The notes beneath the pieces are model-generated. The model had not been told where the DNA came from. It worked only from the letters and a program-made list of their open reading frames with translations, and searched no databases. From an uncultured Planctomycetota bacterium (GTDB lineage Bacteria > Planctomycetota > Planctomycetia > Isosphaerales > Isosphaeraceae): a stretch of DNA of 64,000 bases. This document shows, piece by piece, positions 46,869 to 57,744 of this stretch. How positions within the stretch are numbered: position 1 is the stretch's first letter; each line of letters begins with the position of its first letter. A program made the translations under genes and the position numbers. The DNA is taken from positions 1,312,001 to 1,376,000 of the forward strand of contig CAWGMQ010000004.1 of the NCBI GenBank assembly GCA_963823665.1. Direction: 5' to 3'.

Positions 46869-49800
46869 TCAAGTGTTGATGACCGTCACCGTCTCGTCCT
46901 TCTGGGTGACCGCGTCCGACGAATTGACGATGAACCAATTCTGGTATTCTGATTGCATAGGACCATCGCTGACGGTGTTGGACTGACGGTTGGAGTGCAC
47001 GGTGTTGCGATTGAGCCCGTATGTGTTCGATCCGACCGTGATCCCGTTCGTGATCTTGGAGATGCGCACTCCGTACGCGTCGGTCGAGGACCACTCGGCC
47101 AGAATCGCATCGAGGGCCGCGATATTGGCGGCGCTGTTCGCATTATAGACAGTCACGCCGGTGAGCAGGATGTCGTTGCCGTTGCCGGTGATCGTATTGG
47201 GGCCGCCGCCGCCGATCAGGATATTCTTCCCGCTGCCATCGTCCGTGAGCGTGTTCGCGCCCGGGCCGCCGATCAAGATATCATTGCCCGTTGCCGTGCT
47301 GTTCAGCGTCAAGGTGTTGGCTTTGCCCTGACTGCCGCCGCCGTAAAGGATTGCATTGCCTGCGCCGCCCGCCGTCAGGTTCGTGACTCCCGAAAAAGCG
47401 CTCGCGTCGACGATGACGGTGGGTTTGCCGCTCGAGGTGTTCGCGGTCAAGTTCGCGGTGGTCATTCCCCTCAGGGTAAGGTTCATGCCGTCGGTGGAAG
47501 AGAGCGACGTGTTGGTCAGCGTGTAGCCGGCATTCTTGGTGGCCAGCACCGTGCTCACCGTGCCTGCGCTCGGGGCCGTCAGCGTAGCCGCGCCTGTAAA
47601 ACCGCTCACGTCGAAGCTGTTTATCCTCCCCTTGGCATCGATTTCCCTGCCGATCGAGCCATTGAACTGGATCGTGGCCCCGTTGAAGACGTCGCCGGCC
47701 GCGAAGGTCACGGCCGCGTTCGTGAGGGTGAACGCATTGGTCTTCGACTCGCCACTGATCGTCACGCCACCGCCATTGCCGGTAAAAACGACGGTGCCTG
47801 CCGGCGTGACGCTCCACGAGGCGTTCGCGAGGGAGACCTGAAGGATGGGGCCGCTTGCTATGGGAGTTACCGTGTACGAATCGCTGCCGGTGCTGTTGAA
47901 GCCGAGCGAATCGGGAGTTGTCAGGTTCAAGCTTTGACTGTCGCCCAGCCACGGGCTGAAGTTGATGTTACCCCGCGCAGGCGACCCGCCCGGTGAAGCG
48001 GGCCCGCCACTGCTGCCCCACCAGTTGTAAGTCGCAGCGATCTGAGGGGCTCCGCCGTTGTAAATGCCGGCAAAGGTGTTGTTCGCCAGGTCGTCGTACT
48101 GGGCCGTCACGGCACTGTCGGCACCAATGTTGTCGATACCCATACCGTTGCCTGCGATTGTGCTATGGGTGATCGTCGCGGTGCCGGTTCTGACCAATAT
48201 CCCGGTGTTCCACCCGGTGACCTGACTCTGGCTCACGTTCAGCGTTCCGCCCTCGACATCGATTCCCTCAAAGCCACTAGCTTGCGCAGGACCAATGAAC
48301 TGGCAGTTGGTCAAGGTGGTGTCGCCATCGCTCGTCAGGCCGATGCCAACCGAGTAAGAAGTGGAAGGCTCGATGGTTAATCCCGAGATGTGCGCCGTGA
48401 CATCCGTCTCGACCTGGAAGACCTGTATGCTGCCGTTGATCGTGATGCTCGATCCGGCCGTGAGTCCCTGAGTGGTGATCGTCCAGAGCGGAACCTGGCT
48501 CTCCAGCTTGAGTGTGCTGCCATTGCCGGTCAGAGTGATCGTCTGCTTGCCGGTGAATACTGCCGGGTCGAAGGTGATCGCGACAGGTCCGGCGAACGAA
48601 TTTGCCAGACTGACCGCTCCGGTGAGAGTCAACTCCGCCGGTACGGTGTCGACCGGCCCGGCCGGCGATTCGACGACCAGGCTGTACTGGTAGGCGCCGA
48701 TGTCGACCGAGGCGCCTCGAGCCATCCCGCGCTGGTCGGTCGTGACGCCGCTCACAGAAGTGCCCTTGCCTATGGCCGGGCTGCCGGCCAGGAGCGCCAT
48801 CGTCTGCGTGGGCCCGCCGTACGAACCCAGCGAGTCAAGACCCGGATCTGCGACCCCGACGATGTTCCCGTTGAGTCCGTTCGTTAGCCCGCCCGATCCG
48901 CCGGTGCCGATCAGATTATAAATGCCGGCGACGCGGCTCGAGCCGGCGATGTCGCTCGGCGCGCCCGTAGGCCCAATCCGATTCCCGGCAACGATCGTGT
49001 CGGTCAGGGTCGCCGTGCCGAGATTGTACAGGCCGCCCCCCTTGGTCGCGGAATTGGCGCTCAGTGTACAGTCGATGAAACTCACCGTGCCGACGGCAGA
49101 GTTTTCCACGCCGCCGCCGTTGCCGGGAAAGGTTGAATCGGAGCCCAAGGAGTTTCCGCTCACGGTGCAGTTCGTCAGGGTCGCCTTCCCGTAGTTTGCG
49201 ATCGCGCCGCCGTTGCCGTCGTGCTCAACACCGTTTTTGCTCAGAGTGGAGTTGGTCAGTGTCAAAGTACCATTGTTGACTATCGCACCACCGCTCCCAT
49301 CGACGGCACTGTTCCCGCTGATGGTGCAGTTCGTCAAGGTCATCATACCCGCATTGCCGAGGCCGCCGGCCTGGTTTCCATAGTCCTGGGTGATGGAGCA
49401 ATTGGTCAGGTTCGCCCCACCGGCGCTGAACAGGCCGCCATCCTGGGTTGCGCCGTTTTCGGTCACGGTGCAGCCTGTCAGAATCAGCGTGCTTGTACTG
49501 AAAAGACCGCCGCCCATGTTGGCGCCGTTTGAGCTCAAGGTGCAATTGGTCAGAGTTGCCTGGGCGTAGCTTGCGATTCCGCCGCCGTTGTTGCTCGCGT
49601 TGCTTCCGGTCACGGTGCAGCCCGTCATGGTCAGCATGCCGAGGCTCGCGATGCCGCCGCCGTCCTTGGTCGCCTTGCCGCCGCTAAGCGTGCAATTGGT
49701 CAGCGTCAAGGTGCCGAAATTGAGCAAATCGCCACCCTGGTCTGCCGAGCCTCCGGTGATCGTGAGACCCGAAAGAGACGCTGTGACACCGCCGTCGACC

Positions 49801-52385
49801 TGGAATACCCGGCTGGCGGCGGCGGCCTTTATGGTTACTCCAGCCGCGGGGCCGGTGATCGTCTGAGTGCCGCTGGTGTTGCTGAGCTCGAGCTCCCCTG
49901 AAGTCAACGTGATCGTCTGAGGTGTCGCGAAAACCTTGGGGTCAAACGTCATGGTGTGACTTCCTGGCTCCAGGTCGGCCAGCCTGACCGCGGCAGCGAG
50001 GTCAAGCGCGCCGGAAGGCACGCCCGAACCCTCGAAGGGCGTATTCACGGCCAGCACGTTCGAATCGACCTGGAAAGCGCCGATGTCGACCGGGCTGTCT
50101 AGCGGGAAACCGCGCTGGTCGGTCGTGACGCCCGCGACCTTGGTGCCTTTTCCGATTGCGGGACTGCCTGGCAGCAGGGCCACAGTTTGAGTCGGCCCGC
50201 CGTAGTAGGCAAGGCTGGCGAGTCCCGGGCTGGCGACTCCGACAATGTTTCCACCAACGCCGTTTGTGAGCCCGCCCGAGCCACCGGTGCCGATCAGGTT
50301 ATAGGTGCCTGAGACGTTGATTCCGCCCCCAATGTCGCTCGGTGCTGCTGAACCATTCGTGTTGCCGGCAACGATCGTATTCGTCAGTGTGGCCGAATTG
50401 CCGGCGTTGAAGAGGCCGCCGCCACCCTTCGCGCCCCCTGAGTTGCCAGTGACCGTGCAATTCGTCAGGGACAGCGAGCCGTCGTTGTACACGCCCCCCC
50501 CGCCGTCTGCCGAATTTCCGGCGACCGTGCAGTTGATCAAGGTCGACGTGCCCGCGCTCATGTCCAAACCGCCGCCGATCCCACTCGCCGTGTTGCCGCT
50601 GAGCGTGCAACCGGTGAGCGTTGTCTTTCCGCTCATGAACAGACCGCCGCCCGCGCCCGCGTTGTTGTCGGTTACGGCACAGTTCACGAGCGTCGTCATT
50701 CCATTGCCGGCCAGACCGCCACCCTCGTTACCCGCCGAGTTGCCGCTCAATACGCAGTTGGTCAACGTCGCCGAGCCATAATTCTCGAGGCCGCCGCCCG
50801 TGCCAATGGTGGACGCCGTGTTCCCTGTAATCAAACAGTTATTCAGGGTGAGGTTCCCCGAATTGACCAGGCCGCCGCCGTCCGACCCCATCGAATTGCC
50901 TCCGGTGATCGTGAGCGCCGAAAGCGATGCCGTAACGCCCGCGTCGATCTTGAACACCTGGCTGTTGCCGCCGCCGCTTACACTCAGTGCGGCGGTCGGG
51001 CCGTTGATCGTCTGTGTGCCGTGGGTGTTGTTGAAATCAAGCGGGCCTGAAGCCAGCGTGATCGTCTGCGCCGTGGCGAAAACCGACGAGTCGAAGGTGA
51101 TCGTGTGACTGACGGGTGCCGAATTGGCCAGATTGACGGCCGCCGATAGACTGAGGTCGCCGGACGGCACGCTAGCGGTGCCGGCGGTCGTATTCACCAC
51201 CTCCGCGCCAGACAGTGTCTGGAATGCGCCGATGTCCGGGTTTTGGCTGGGCCGCAGGAAACCGCGCTGGTCGGTCGTGACGTTGAATTCCGTTATGCCA
51301 TTCCCGATCGCGGGGCTTCCCGGTTGCAGCGCGACGGTCGCGGTCGGCCCGCCGTAGAAGGCGAGCCCGGCCAAGTCTGGCGAACTCTTATTGATCTGAT
51401 CAGAACTGCCCCAGCCCGAACTACCTGCTGTATTACCGATGAAGTTGTGGCCCCCCACCGAGTCAACCGCACCGCCGGAGTAGACCGTGCCGTAGACGTC
51501 CGGCGCTCCACTTGTTCCCGTGTTGCCGGCCACGATCGTGTTCCACATGATCGGGCTTAGATTGCAGTACAACCCGCCGCCGAACGCCGCCGTGTTGCTG
51601 GTGAACGTGCAGCTCACCAGAAATGCATTATCATCATTATTGTACAGGCCCCCTCCGTAGTAGCCGTTCTTGGCGGTGTTGTCCGCGAAGGTCGAGTTGT
51701 AAGCTTGCAGGGAGAAGTTGTTGTACACGCCGCCGCCGAATTCGCCGGCCGTGTCGAAGCTGAATGTGCAGCCCGTGAGAGTTGCAATATTGTCGTTGTA
51801 CAGTCCTCCTCCGTAGTCGCTGGAGCCTGCGTTGTCGCTGCTCACCGTGCAATCGGTCAGATCGAGATCGCCGAGGTTGTAGATGCCGCCGCCATGCCCG
51901 GAGCTCGTATTGCCGCTGATGGCGCAGTCGGTCATGGTCAGCAGCGTACCGTCGTTGTACACACCGCTGTCACTGCCGTCGGTTATGGTCAGGTTCGAGA
52001 TCGCAGCGGTGACCCCGCTGTAGATCGAGAATATGGCGCCTTTGTTGTCGCCATTGATCGTCAGGCCGGAGGACGGACCAACGATGGTCACGTTCTCGGC
52101 GATGTTCAGCACTCCATTCGTGAGCACGATTGGGCTGGTTACACTCGTGGCAAAGTTGATCGTGGCTCCAGCGGGGGCCGAGGCGAGCGTGGCACGCAGC
52201 GAGCCCGGGTCGGAAGGATTGTCGCTGTTGTCGGTGACGATGTACGTCGACAGGAGCCGGCGCTCCTCGAGATCCATGAGCGCCGGCTGAACCCGGCGCC
52301 TTTGGCCACGTGACGATTGTGATCCCTTGCCGAGCGGCCAGCCTTGCTGCCCCCACCACTTGAACCCGACCGTGCTGCGACGCAT
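46869..52385 (-). CDS. Large surface protein with a planctomycete N-terminal motif, polymorphic-outer-membrane-type beta-helix repeats, choice-of-anchor-Q-like modules and an RTX-like C-terminal region
   Basis: 'RRRVQPALMDLEERRLLS'; 'GGGLYN..T.T.CT.SGN' repeats; three 'GGPT.T.AL..GSPAIG.G...TDQRG...DIGA' modules; 'GNDILIGGPGANTL', 'ALDAILAEWSS'. Confidence 0.88.
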   Translation of the reverse strand: MRRSTVGFKWWGQQGWPLGKGSQSSRGQRRRVQPALMDLEERRLLSTYIVTDNSDNPSDPGSLRATLASAPAGATINFATSVTSPIVLTNGVLNIAENVTIVGPSSGLTINGDNKGAIFSIYSGVTAAISNLTITDGSDSGVYNDGTLLTMTDCAISGNTSSGHGGGIYNLGDLDLTDCTVSSDNAGSSDYGGGLYNDNIATLTGCTFSFDTAGEFGGGVYNNFSLQAYNSTFADNTAKNGYYGGGLYNNDDNAFLVSCTFTSNTAAFGGGLYCNLSPIMWNTIVAGNTGTSGAPDVYGTVYSGGAVDSVGGHNFIGNTAGSSGWGSSDQINKSSPDLAGLAFYGGPTATVALQPGSPAIGNGITEFNVTTDQRGFLRPSQNPDIGAFQTLSGAEVVNTTAGTASVPSGDLSLSAAVNLANSAPVSHTITFDSSVFATAQTITLASGPLDFNNTHGTQTINGPTAALSVSGGGNSQVFKIDAGVTASLSALTITGGNSMGSDGGGLVNSGNLTLNNCLITGNTASTIGTGGGLENYGSATLTNCVLSGNSAGNEGGGLAGNGMTTLVNCAVTDNNAGAGGGLFMSGKTTLTGCTLSGNTASGIGGGLDMSAGTSTLINCTVAGNSADGGGGVYNDGSLSLTNCTVTGNSGGAKGGGGLFNAGNSATLTNTIVAGNTNGSAAPSDIGGGINVSGTYNLIGTGGSGGLTNGVGGNIVGVASPGLASLAYYGGPTQTVALLPGSPAIGKGTKVAGVTTDQRGFPLDSPVDIGAFQVDSNVLAVNTPFEGSGVPSGALDLAAAVRLADLEPGSHTMTFDPKVFATPQTITLTSGELELSNTSGTQTITGPAAGVTIKAAAASRVFQVDGGVTASLSGLTITGGSADQGGDLLNFGTLTLTNCTLSGGKATKDGGGIASLGMLTMTGCTVTGSNASNNGGGIASYAQATLTNCTLSSNGANMGGGLFSTSTLILTGCTVTENGATQDGGLFSAGGANLTNCSITQDYGNQAGGLGNAGMMTLTNCTISGNSAVDGSGGAIVNNGTLTLTNSTLSKNGVEHDGNGGAIANYGKATLTNCTVSGNSLGSDSTFPGNGGGVENSAVGTVSFIDCTLSANSATKGGGLYNLGTATLTDTIVAGNRIGPTGAPSDIAGSSRVAGIYNLIGTGGSGGLTNGLNGNIVGVADPGLDSLGSYGGPTQTMALLAGSPAIGKGTSVSGVTTDQRGMARGASVDIGAYQYSLVVESPAGPVDTVPAELTLTGAVSLANSFAGPVAITFDPAVFTGKQTITLTGNGSTLKLESQVPLWTITTQGLTAGSSITINGSIQVFQVETDVTAHISGLTIEPSTSYSVGIGLTSDGDTTLTNCQFIGPAQASGFEGIDVEGGTLNVSQSQVTGWNTGILVRTGTATITHSTIAGNGMGIDNIGADSAVTAQYDDLANNTFAGIYNGGAPQIAATYNWWGSSGGPASPGGSPARGNINFSPWLGDSQSLNLTTPDSLGFNSTGSDSYTVTPIASGPILQVSLANASWSVTPAGTVVFTGNGGGVTISGESKTNAFTLTNAAVTFAAGDVFNGATIQFNGSIGREIDAKGRINSFDVSGFTGAATLTAPSAGTVSTVLATKNAGYTLTNTSLSSTDGMNLTLRGMTTANLTANTSSGKPTVIVDASAFSGVTNLTAGGAGNAILYGGGSQGKANTLTLNSTATGNDILIGGPGANTLTDDGSGKNILIGGGGPNTITGNGNDILLTGVTVYNANSAANIAALDAILAEWSSTDAYGVRISKITNGITVGSNTYGLNRNTVHSNRQSNTVSDGPMQSEYQNWFIVNSSDAVTQKDETVTVINT

Positions 52386-52866
52386 GATGTACCTCGCTGT
52401 TCAACGAACGCCAAAGTTGCCGGCGCGTGCGCGTAGAGCGAACGGCACGCGCTCTCGTGCCAATCACTCCGTCGAGTGCTGGCCACCGAGCGATTCTTCG
52501 CGCTTCCACATCACAATCTGAGAACCAGGCTGCCGGAGGCTCAAAATCGCGTGAAAGAATTCTGGCAACGCGCCATCGAGCCGCCGCAAATCAAGCTCGT
52601 CAGCCCGCTTCGCGAACCAGGAACACTCATCCTCATCAGGGATTTGCGATCAGCGAACGGGCTTCATTGCGGGCCACTTTTGGTTTTGTATACACTTGAC
52701 CAAATTAGGTAAACTGCGCAATCTATATATGATTTGCCTCGGGCAGTATAATGAGTGCATGATAGCTAGTAAGGAATTGCACCTGGTTGGATCGATCCTC
52801 CACGCGGTGGGACACTGATCGCGTCGAACGCGTTCTCGGACGCCGATGCGTCCCGGAAGAACTGTC

Positions 52867-53418
52867 ATGGCGCAGCCCGACGAAGATAAGCCTCCCATCG
52901 ACAAGCTACCGGCAGCGGAATTGTTGCCGATTCTTTATGACGAGCTGCGCCGACTGGCGGCGTCGTTGACAGCCGGGCTACCGCCGGGCCGGACTCTCCA
53001 GCCGACGGCCTTGGTCCACGAGGCATATCTCCGCCTGGTCAGAGGCAAGGATCCCGGCTGGGAAGGGCGGCGACACTTTTTCGGCGCGGCCGCGCAGGCG
53101 ATGCGTGAGATTCTGATTGAACAGGCCCGCCGTAAGGCGAGCTTCAAGCACGGAGGCCAGGCTCGTCGCGTCGATCTGGCGGAAGGAATGGCGTGGATCG
53201 AGCCGCCAAGCGGCGATCTGCTCGCCCTGGACGAAGCCATCCAGCAGCTTCAGGCAGAAGATGCGCGGCTGGGAGAGATCGTTCAGCTCCGCTATTACAC
53301 CGGGCTCACCATCGAAGAAACCGCCAATGTGCTCGGCGCATCGGTAAGCACACTCAAGCGCGATTGGCGGTATGCGCGGGCCTGGCTGGCGCGGCAGCTC
53401 GGCGAAAGCCCCCCTTGA
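52867..53418 (+). CDS. ECF-type RNA polymerase sigma factor (TIGR02999-like)
   Basis: 'LLPILYDELRRLA', 'TLQPTALVHEAYLRL', 'HFFGAAAQAMREIL', 'RDWRYARAWL'. Confidence 0.93.
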   Translation: MAQPDEDKPPIDKLPAAELLPILYDELRRLAASLTAGLPPGRTLQPTALVHEAYLRLVRGKDPGWEGRRHFFGAAAQAMREILIEQARRKASFKHGGQARRVDLAEGMAWIEPPSGDLLALDEAIQQLQAEDARLGEIVQLRYYTGLTIEETANVLGASVSTLKRDWRYARAWLARQLGESPP

Positions 53419-53459
53419 GCGGAGACTCTCTCGGAATCGCGCGAGCGATCGGCGAACCC

Positions 53460-56400
53460 ATGAATGAGCCCCATCACCTGCGCGTGAGGTCCCTGTTCGC
53501 GCAAGCTGCCGACCTCGCGCCGGATGAGCGCAGTGCCTTCCTCGACGCAGCCTGTCGCGGCGAACCCGGTCTTCGCGCCGAAGTCGAAGAATTACTGGCT
53601 TATGACGCCGCTTCGGGCGGCGATCAGGATGACGACGGCTTCTTGAAAAGCCCGGTGCTTCGAGCGCCGGAGCAAGCGCCCGCCGAATCATCAACTCCGC
53701 CCGATCGAGAAGCGTCGGGGCTGCCCGTTCATATTGGCCGCTATCGCATCCTCCGTTTTCACGGCGAAGGGGGCATGGGCACGGTCTATCAAGCCGAACA
53801 GGACAACCCGCGACGCACCGTCGCCCTTAAGGTCATCAGGCCCGGAGTGATCTCACCTGACGTCGTCAAGCGGTTTCACCATGAAGCTCAGATTCTGGGC
53901 CGGCTCCAGCATGTGGGAATCGCCCAGGTCCATGAAGCGGGCGTGGACGAAAAGGGCCAACCGTTCTTCGCCATGGAATTCATCGATGGCATGCCCCTGG
54001 ACGAATACGTTCGCGCTCGCGATCTGGACGCGGCGGCGCGGCTGGAGCTTGTGGCGCTCGTGTGCGACGCGTTGCAACACGCCCACGACAAGGGGGTCGT
54101 TCATCGCGACTTGAAGCCCGGCAACATCCTGGTCGATGATTCCGGCCAGCCCAAGGTGCTCGATTTTGGCGTCGCCCACGTGACGGCGCCCGGCCTGCTT
54201 TCCACGTTCAGGCAAACCCAGACCGGCCAACTGCTAGGCACCTTGAGCTACATGAGCCCGGAACAGATCGCCGCCGATCCGTCCGCACTCGACGGCCGCT
54301 CGGATGTCTATAGCCTGGGAGTGATTCTGTTCGAGCTCCTGGCGCACCGCCTGCCTTACAACCTTGAGCAGTTGCCGATGCACGAGGTTGCACGGGTGAT
54401 CCAGCAACAAGAGCCATCGCGCTTGGGCTCGGTCGATACGCTTTACCGGGGCGACATCGAGATCATCGCGGCGAAAGCGCTCGAGAAAGACAAGACACAG
54501 CGCTACGCGACCGCAGCGCAACTGGCGTCGGACATCAGGCGCTATCTGCACGGCGAGGCGATCCTGGCCCGTCCTCCGTCGGCCCTCTATCAGCTCAGGA
54601 AGTTCGCTCGGCGCCACAAGGCGATCGTGGCGAGCCTGGCCGGCATCTTCGCGACGCTCTTGATTGGAACAGCGGTCTCGATTTTCTTTGCAGTCCGCGC
54701 CGCAGAGAATGCACGAGTCGCGAGCGAACGAGAACGCGCCGCCACCTACCAGACCTACCGGGCCCGCATCGGGGCCGCGGTGGCAGCGCTCGGGCGACAC
54801 GACGTCGCCGACGCCGCCGGCCAGCTTGAGGCGGCCCCGCAGGCGCTGCGCGGGTGGGAATGGCAACATCTGCGCTCCCGGCTCGACGATAGCACGTCCG
54901 TCGTTCGCGCGGCCCCTGGCGAGTCGCTACTCCTCGCCAATCTCGGCAAAGACATCGGGTTCGCAGCACTGACGCCGGCCGGCCTTCGCGTCACCGACCT
55001 GGAAGGCAAAGTTCTGTTTTCGCACGCGTACTCTGCGGGCAGTCGCTCGTCGAATCATCCCGCGATGCCAGCCTGGAATGGGCTCCAGCTCGTCGACTGC
55101 ACCGGCGACACCTGGGCTCGTCAACCCGTTTTGGCACAGCCACGATCCCATGATGCCGACGTCTCGCCGCTGCGGGATGCCGGGGGGTGCGTTCGAGCGC
55201 CCGTTGATGGGCCGGCTGGAGCGTATGCCTACCTGGTCGCGGGCAGCCCCGACGGAGGGCGAGTGGCCGTAGTTTGGATTGGCCCCAATCGTTGGGATTT
55301 CGGGCTTTATGAATCTCATTCGGGCAAAACTATCGCGATTTCCGCAGAAGACATCGGTGACACCTGGGACATGGCCGCAAGCCCCGACAGCTCGCGCATC
55401 GCCACCGGCGGCGAAGATGGAATCGTGCGTTTGTGGGAGACGTCGACCGGCAAGCTGACCGCCCTCTGCCGTGGGCACGCCCGCAAGGTGCTCGGCCTGG
55501 CGTTTCGCCCCGATAGCCGGCGCTTGTTGTCGGCCTCGGCGGATGGCACAGTTCGGCAATGGGACGCCGCGACAGGCCAGGAGGTGGGGCCGCCATATGA
55601 ACGCCACACGGGAGAAGTTCTCACCGCGGCCTACAGCCCCGACGGCGATTGGGTCGCCTCGGGAGGCACGGATCGGACAGTCCGCGTATGGCAAGCAGGC
55701 AGCCGCCAGGACATCACCGTCCTTGAAGGCCATACCGGCAGCGTCAGCCAGGTGGCATTCGCCAAGGATGGTCGTCGGCTGGTGTCATCGAGCAATTGGG
55801 GGAGGCAGAATTACACCGAGGATCAGACGGTGCGCGTCTGGCGAGTCGACGAAAAAGCCGGCACCTCAGTACTTGTCGGCCACACCAGCTACATTTACCC
55901 GGTGGCGTACAGCCCGGACGGGAAATGGATCGCATCGGGCGGTTGGGACCGCACCGTACGCTTGTGGGACGCGGTGACCGGGGAAGAGTGCGCGGAGCTG
56001 CCTCATGCAGGATTCGTACGCGCGCTCGCATTCGGCCCCGACAGTTCGTGGTTAGTCTCCGGGTGCACTGGGGAAAGATCGCTGCACATCTGGAACACCG
56101 CGACGGCGCAGCTCGAGAAGGACTTTCCCGGGCCAGGAGGGATGCCGATACAAGCGATCGCGGTCAGCCAGGACGGGGCTTGCATCGCCGCGGCCGACGC
56201 AGACGGCAATGCGAGGATCAGGGCAACTGCCACGGGCGTGGTCGTGCACTCGTTCCGGGTGACCTCGCGCGGCGACAAGAAAGCGCTGGCGTTTAGCCCG
56301 GACGGACAGCTTCTGGCCGGCACAGGCGCGGACATCACGCAGATTGACATACGGAATACGCGGACGGGCGAGCGATCGGCTCGGCTTGCAGGCCATACGG

Positions 56401-56966
56401 GTGCCGTTTGCGGCGTCGCGTTCGGCGCAGACGGCCGCTTGCTGGCCTCGGCGAGCAGCGATCAGACGGTGCGCCTTTGGGACGTGGCCGCGGCCAGATG
56501 CGCTCTCGTGCTGACGGGGCATACCGATCAGGTGTACTCGGTTGCGTTCCATCCGGACGGGACAAGGCTGGCGTCGGCCGGCCGCGACCGTGCTGTCTGG
56601 GTTTGGGATCTGGCGACAGGCCTGGACGTGGCCCGGCTGGACGGTCACGCAAACTACGTCTTCTCCCTGGCCTTCAGCCCAGATGGCAAGACCATCGCCT
56701 CGGGTTCTGGCGACGGCACGGTGAGGCTCTGGGACTCTGAGCCACCCGCCCCGCGCTATCGAGCCCGTCGCGAGGCGGAGGCCCTGCGCCCCGAGGCCGA
56801 CCGCCTGGTGGCGGCGCTATGGAAGGAAAACGGTTCCGATGCGGTCAAGGTTGTGGCCGCCTTGCACTCGGATCGATCGCTCAGCGATCCACTCAGAAAC
56901 GCTGCCTTACGCGCCGTGCTACGACAGTCCACCGCCAGCGCCAAAGCGGCACGCCCCGGTAGCTAG
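53460..56966 (+). CDS. Ser/Thr protein kinase with a transmembrane segment and WD40 repeats
   Basis: 'GEGGMGTVY', 'VALKVI', 'HRDLKPGN', 'DFGVA', 'YMSPEQ', a hydrophobic helix, many 'GH...V..VAFSPDG...SGS.D.TVRLWD' repeats. Confidence 0.93.
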   Translation: MNEPHHLRVRSLFAQAADLAPDERSAFLDAACRGEPGLRAEVEELLAYDAASGGDQDDDGFLKSPVLRAPEQAPAESSTPPDREASGLPVHIGRYRILRFHGEGGMGTVYQAEQDNPRRTVALKVIRPGVISPDVVKRFHHEAQILGRLQHVGIAQVHEAGVDEKGQPFFAMEFIDGMPLDEYVRARDLDAAARLELVALVCDALQHAHDKGVVHRDLKPGNILVDDSGQPKVLDFGVAHVTAPGLLSTFRQTQTGQLLGTLSYMSPEQIAADPSALDGRSDVYSLGVILFELLAHRLPYNLEQLPMHEVARVIQQQEPSRLGSVDTLYRGDIEIIAAKALEKDKTQRYATAAQLASDIRRYLHGEAILARPPSALYQLRKFARRHKAIVASLAGIFATLLIGTAVSIFFAVRAAENARVASERERAATYQTYRARIGAAVAALGRHDVADAAGQLEAAPQALRGWEWQHLRSRLDDSTSVVRAAPGESLLLANLGKDIGFAALTPAGLRVTDLEGKVLFSHAYSAGSRSSNHPAMPAWNGLQLVDCTGDTWARQPVLAQPRSHDADVSPLRDAGGCVRAPVDGPAGAYAYLVAGSPDGGRVAVVWIGPNRWDFGLYESHSGKTIAISAEDIGDTWDMAASPDSSRIATGGEDGIVRLWETSTGKLTALCRGHARKVLGLAFRPDSRRLLSASADGTVRQWDAATGQEVGPPYERHTGEVLTAAYSPDGDWVASGGTDRTVRVWQAGSRQDITVLEGHTGSVSQVAFAKDGRRLVSSSNWGRQNYTEDQTVRVWRVDEKAGTSVLVGHTSYIYPVAYSPDGKWIASGGWDRTVRLWDAVTGEECAELPHAGFVRALAFGPDSSWLVSGCTGERSLHIWNTATAQLEKDFPGPGGMPIQAIAVSQDGACIAAADADGNARIRATATGVVVHSFRVTSRGDKKALAFSPDGQLLAGTGADITQIDIRNTRTGERSARLAGHTGAVCGVAFGADGRLLASASSDQTVRLWDVAAARCALVLTGHTDQVYSVAFHPDGTRLASAGRDRAVWVWDLATGLDVARLDGHANYVFSLAFSPDGKTIASGSGDGTVRLWDSEPPAPRYRARREAEALRPEADRLVAALWKENGSDAVKVVAALHSDRSLSDPLRNAALRAVLRQSTASAKAARPGS

Positions 56967-57052
56967 AAACGCGCGCTTCTTGTCGCAGACGTCGTCCAGG
57001 GCGTATGAGCCGCTTCGCGGAGCGACAGGCCACACCGTGTGCTGCGCAGCGG

Positions 57053-57436
57053 CTACCCAGCTTTTTTCAGGCCTTTCTCGCGCGGCTCCAAGACGCCCGA
57101 TAGCCAGTGCATGATGTTCAGGGCCATCTGGCGGTTGTCCAGACCCGGCACGTTCATGCCGAATCGCTCGTTGCCGATGCGCTGGGCCGAGAGCTCGGCC
57201 GCTTCGCCCATGACGACCACCCGGCCCTTGCCGAAGGGGAATGCGATCCCCTGGGCCCGTCCGGCGGCGGACTTGGGATTGCCATCCTCTCCCGCGTCGA
57301 CCGCGGTATCGCCGAGCTTCAGAATGGCGACACTCCCGGCCGGCCCTTTGAGCGACTGACCGGTAAAGGTCTGGATGCGATTGATCCTTTCGGAATCGTC
57401 CCGACCCTTCATGATCGGGTGATCGCCAAGGACGTT
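57053..57436 (-). pseudogene. C-terminal fragment of a DUF4350-like protein
   Basis: 'LGDHPIMKGR..SERINRIQTFTGQSL...GKGRVVVMGEAAELSAQ...DNRQMALNIMHWLS' with no N-terminal part. Confidence 0.65.
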
Positions 57437-57438
57437 GT

Positions 57439-57730
57439 TTACGGTGGGCCCAGCATCTCGCGGTAGGCCGTGCGCTGGGTTTCGCTCAAGACTCGCTCGA
57501 TGCGCGAGATGACTGAATCCCAGGCTTTCCTGGCTGCTTCGCGGGTCTTTTTCTTGGCCGCTTTGAATTCCTGGGTCTCGACCAGCTTCTTGATCGACTC
57601 GGGGGAGGGCGCTCCATCCTTCGGGTCGAGGACGATCGGAAGTTCGGCCGCCTTACTGATCTCGGCGTTCCCCTCTGCGGCGATCGCTCTGATCTGCTTG
57701 ATCTGGTCGTCCGTGAGTTTGAGCCGATCG
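57439..57730 (-). pseudogene. Fragment of a helical Spy/CpxP-like protein
   Basis: Unlisted frame reads 'DRLKLTDDQIKQIRAI...VLSETQRTAYREMLGPP*' with no start codon. Confidence 0.5.
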
Positions 57731-57744
57731 ATCGGATCGGGACC

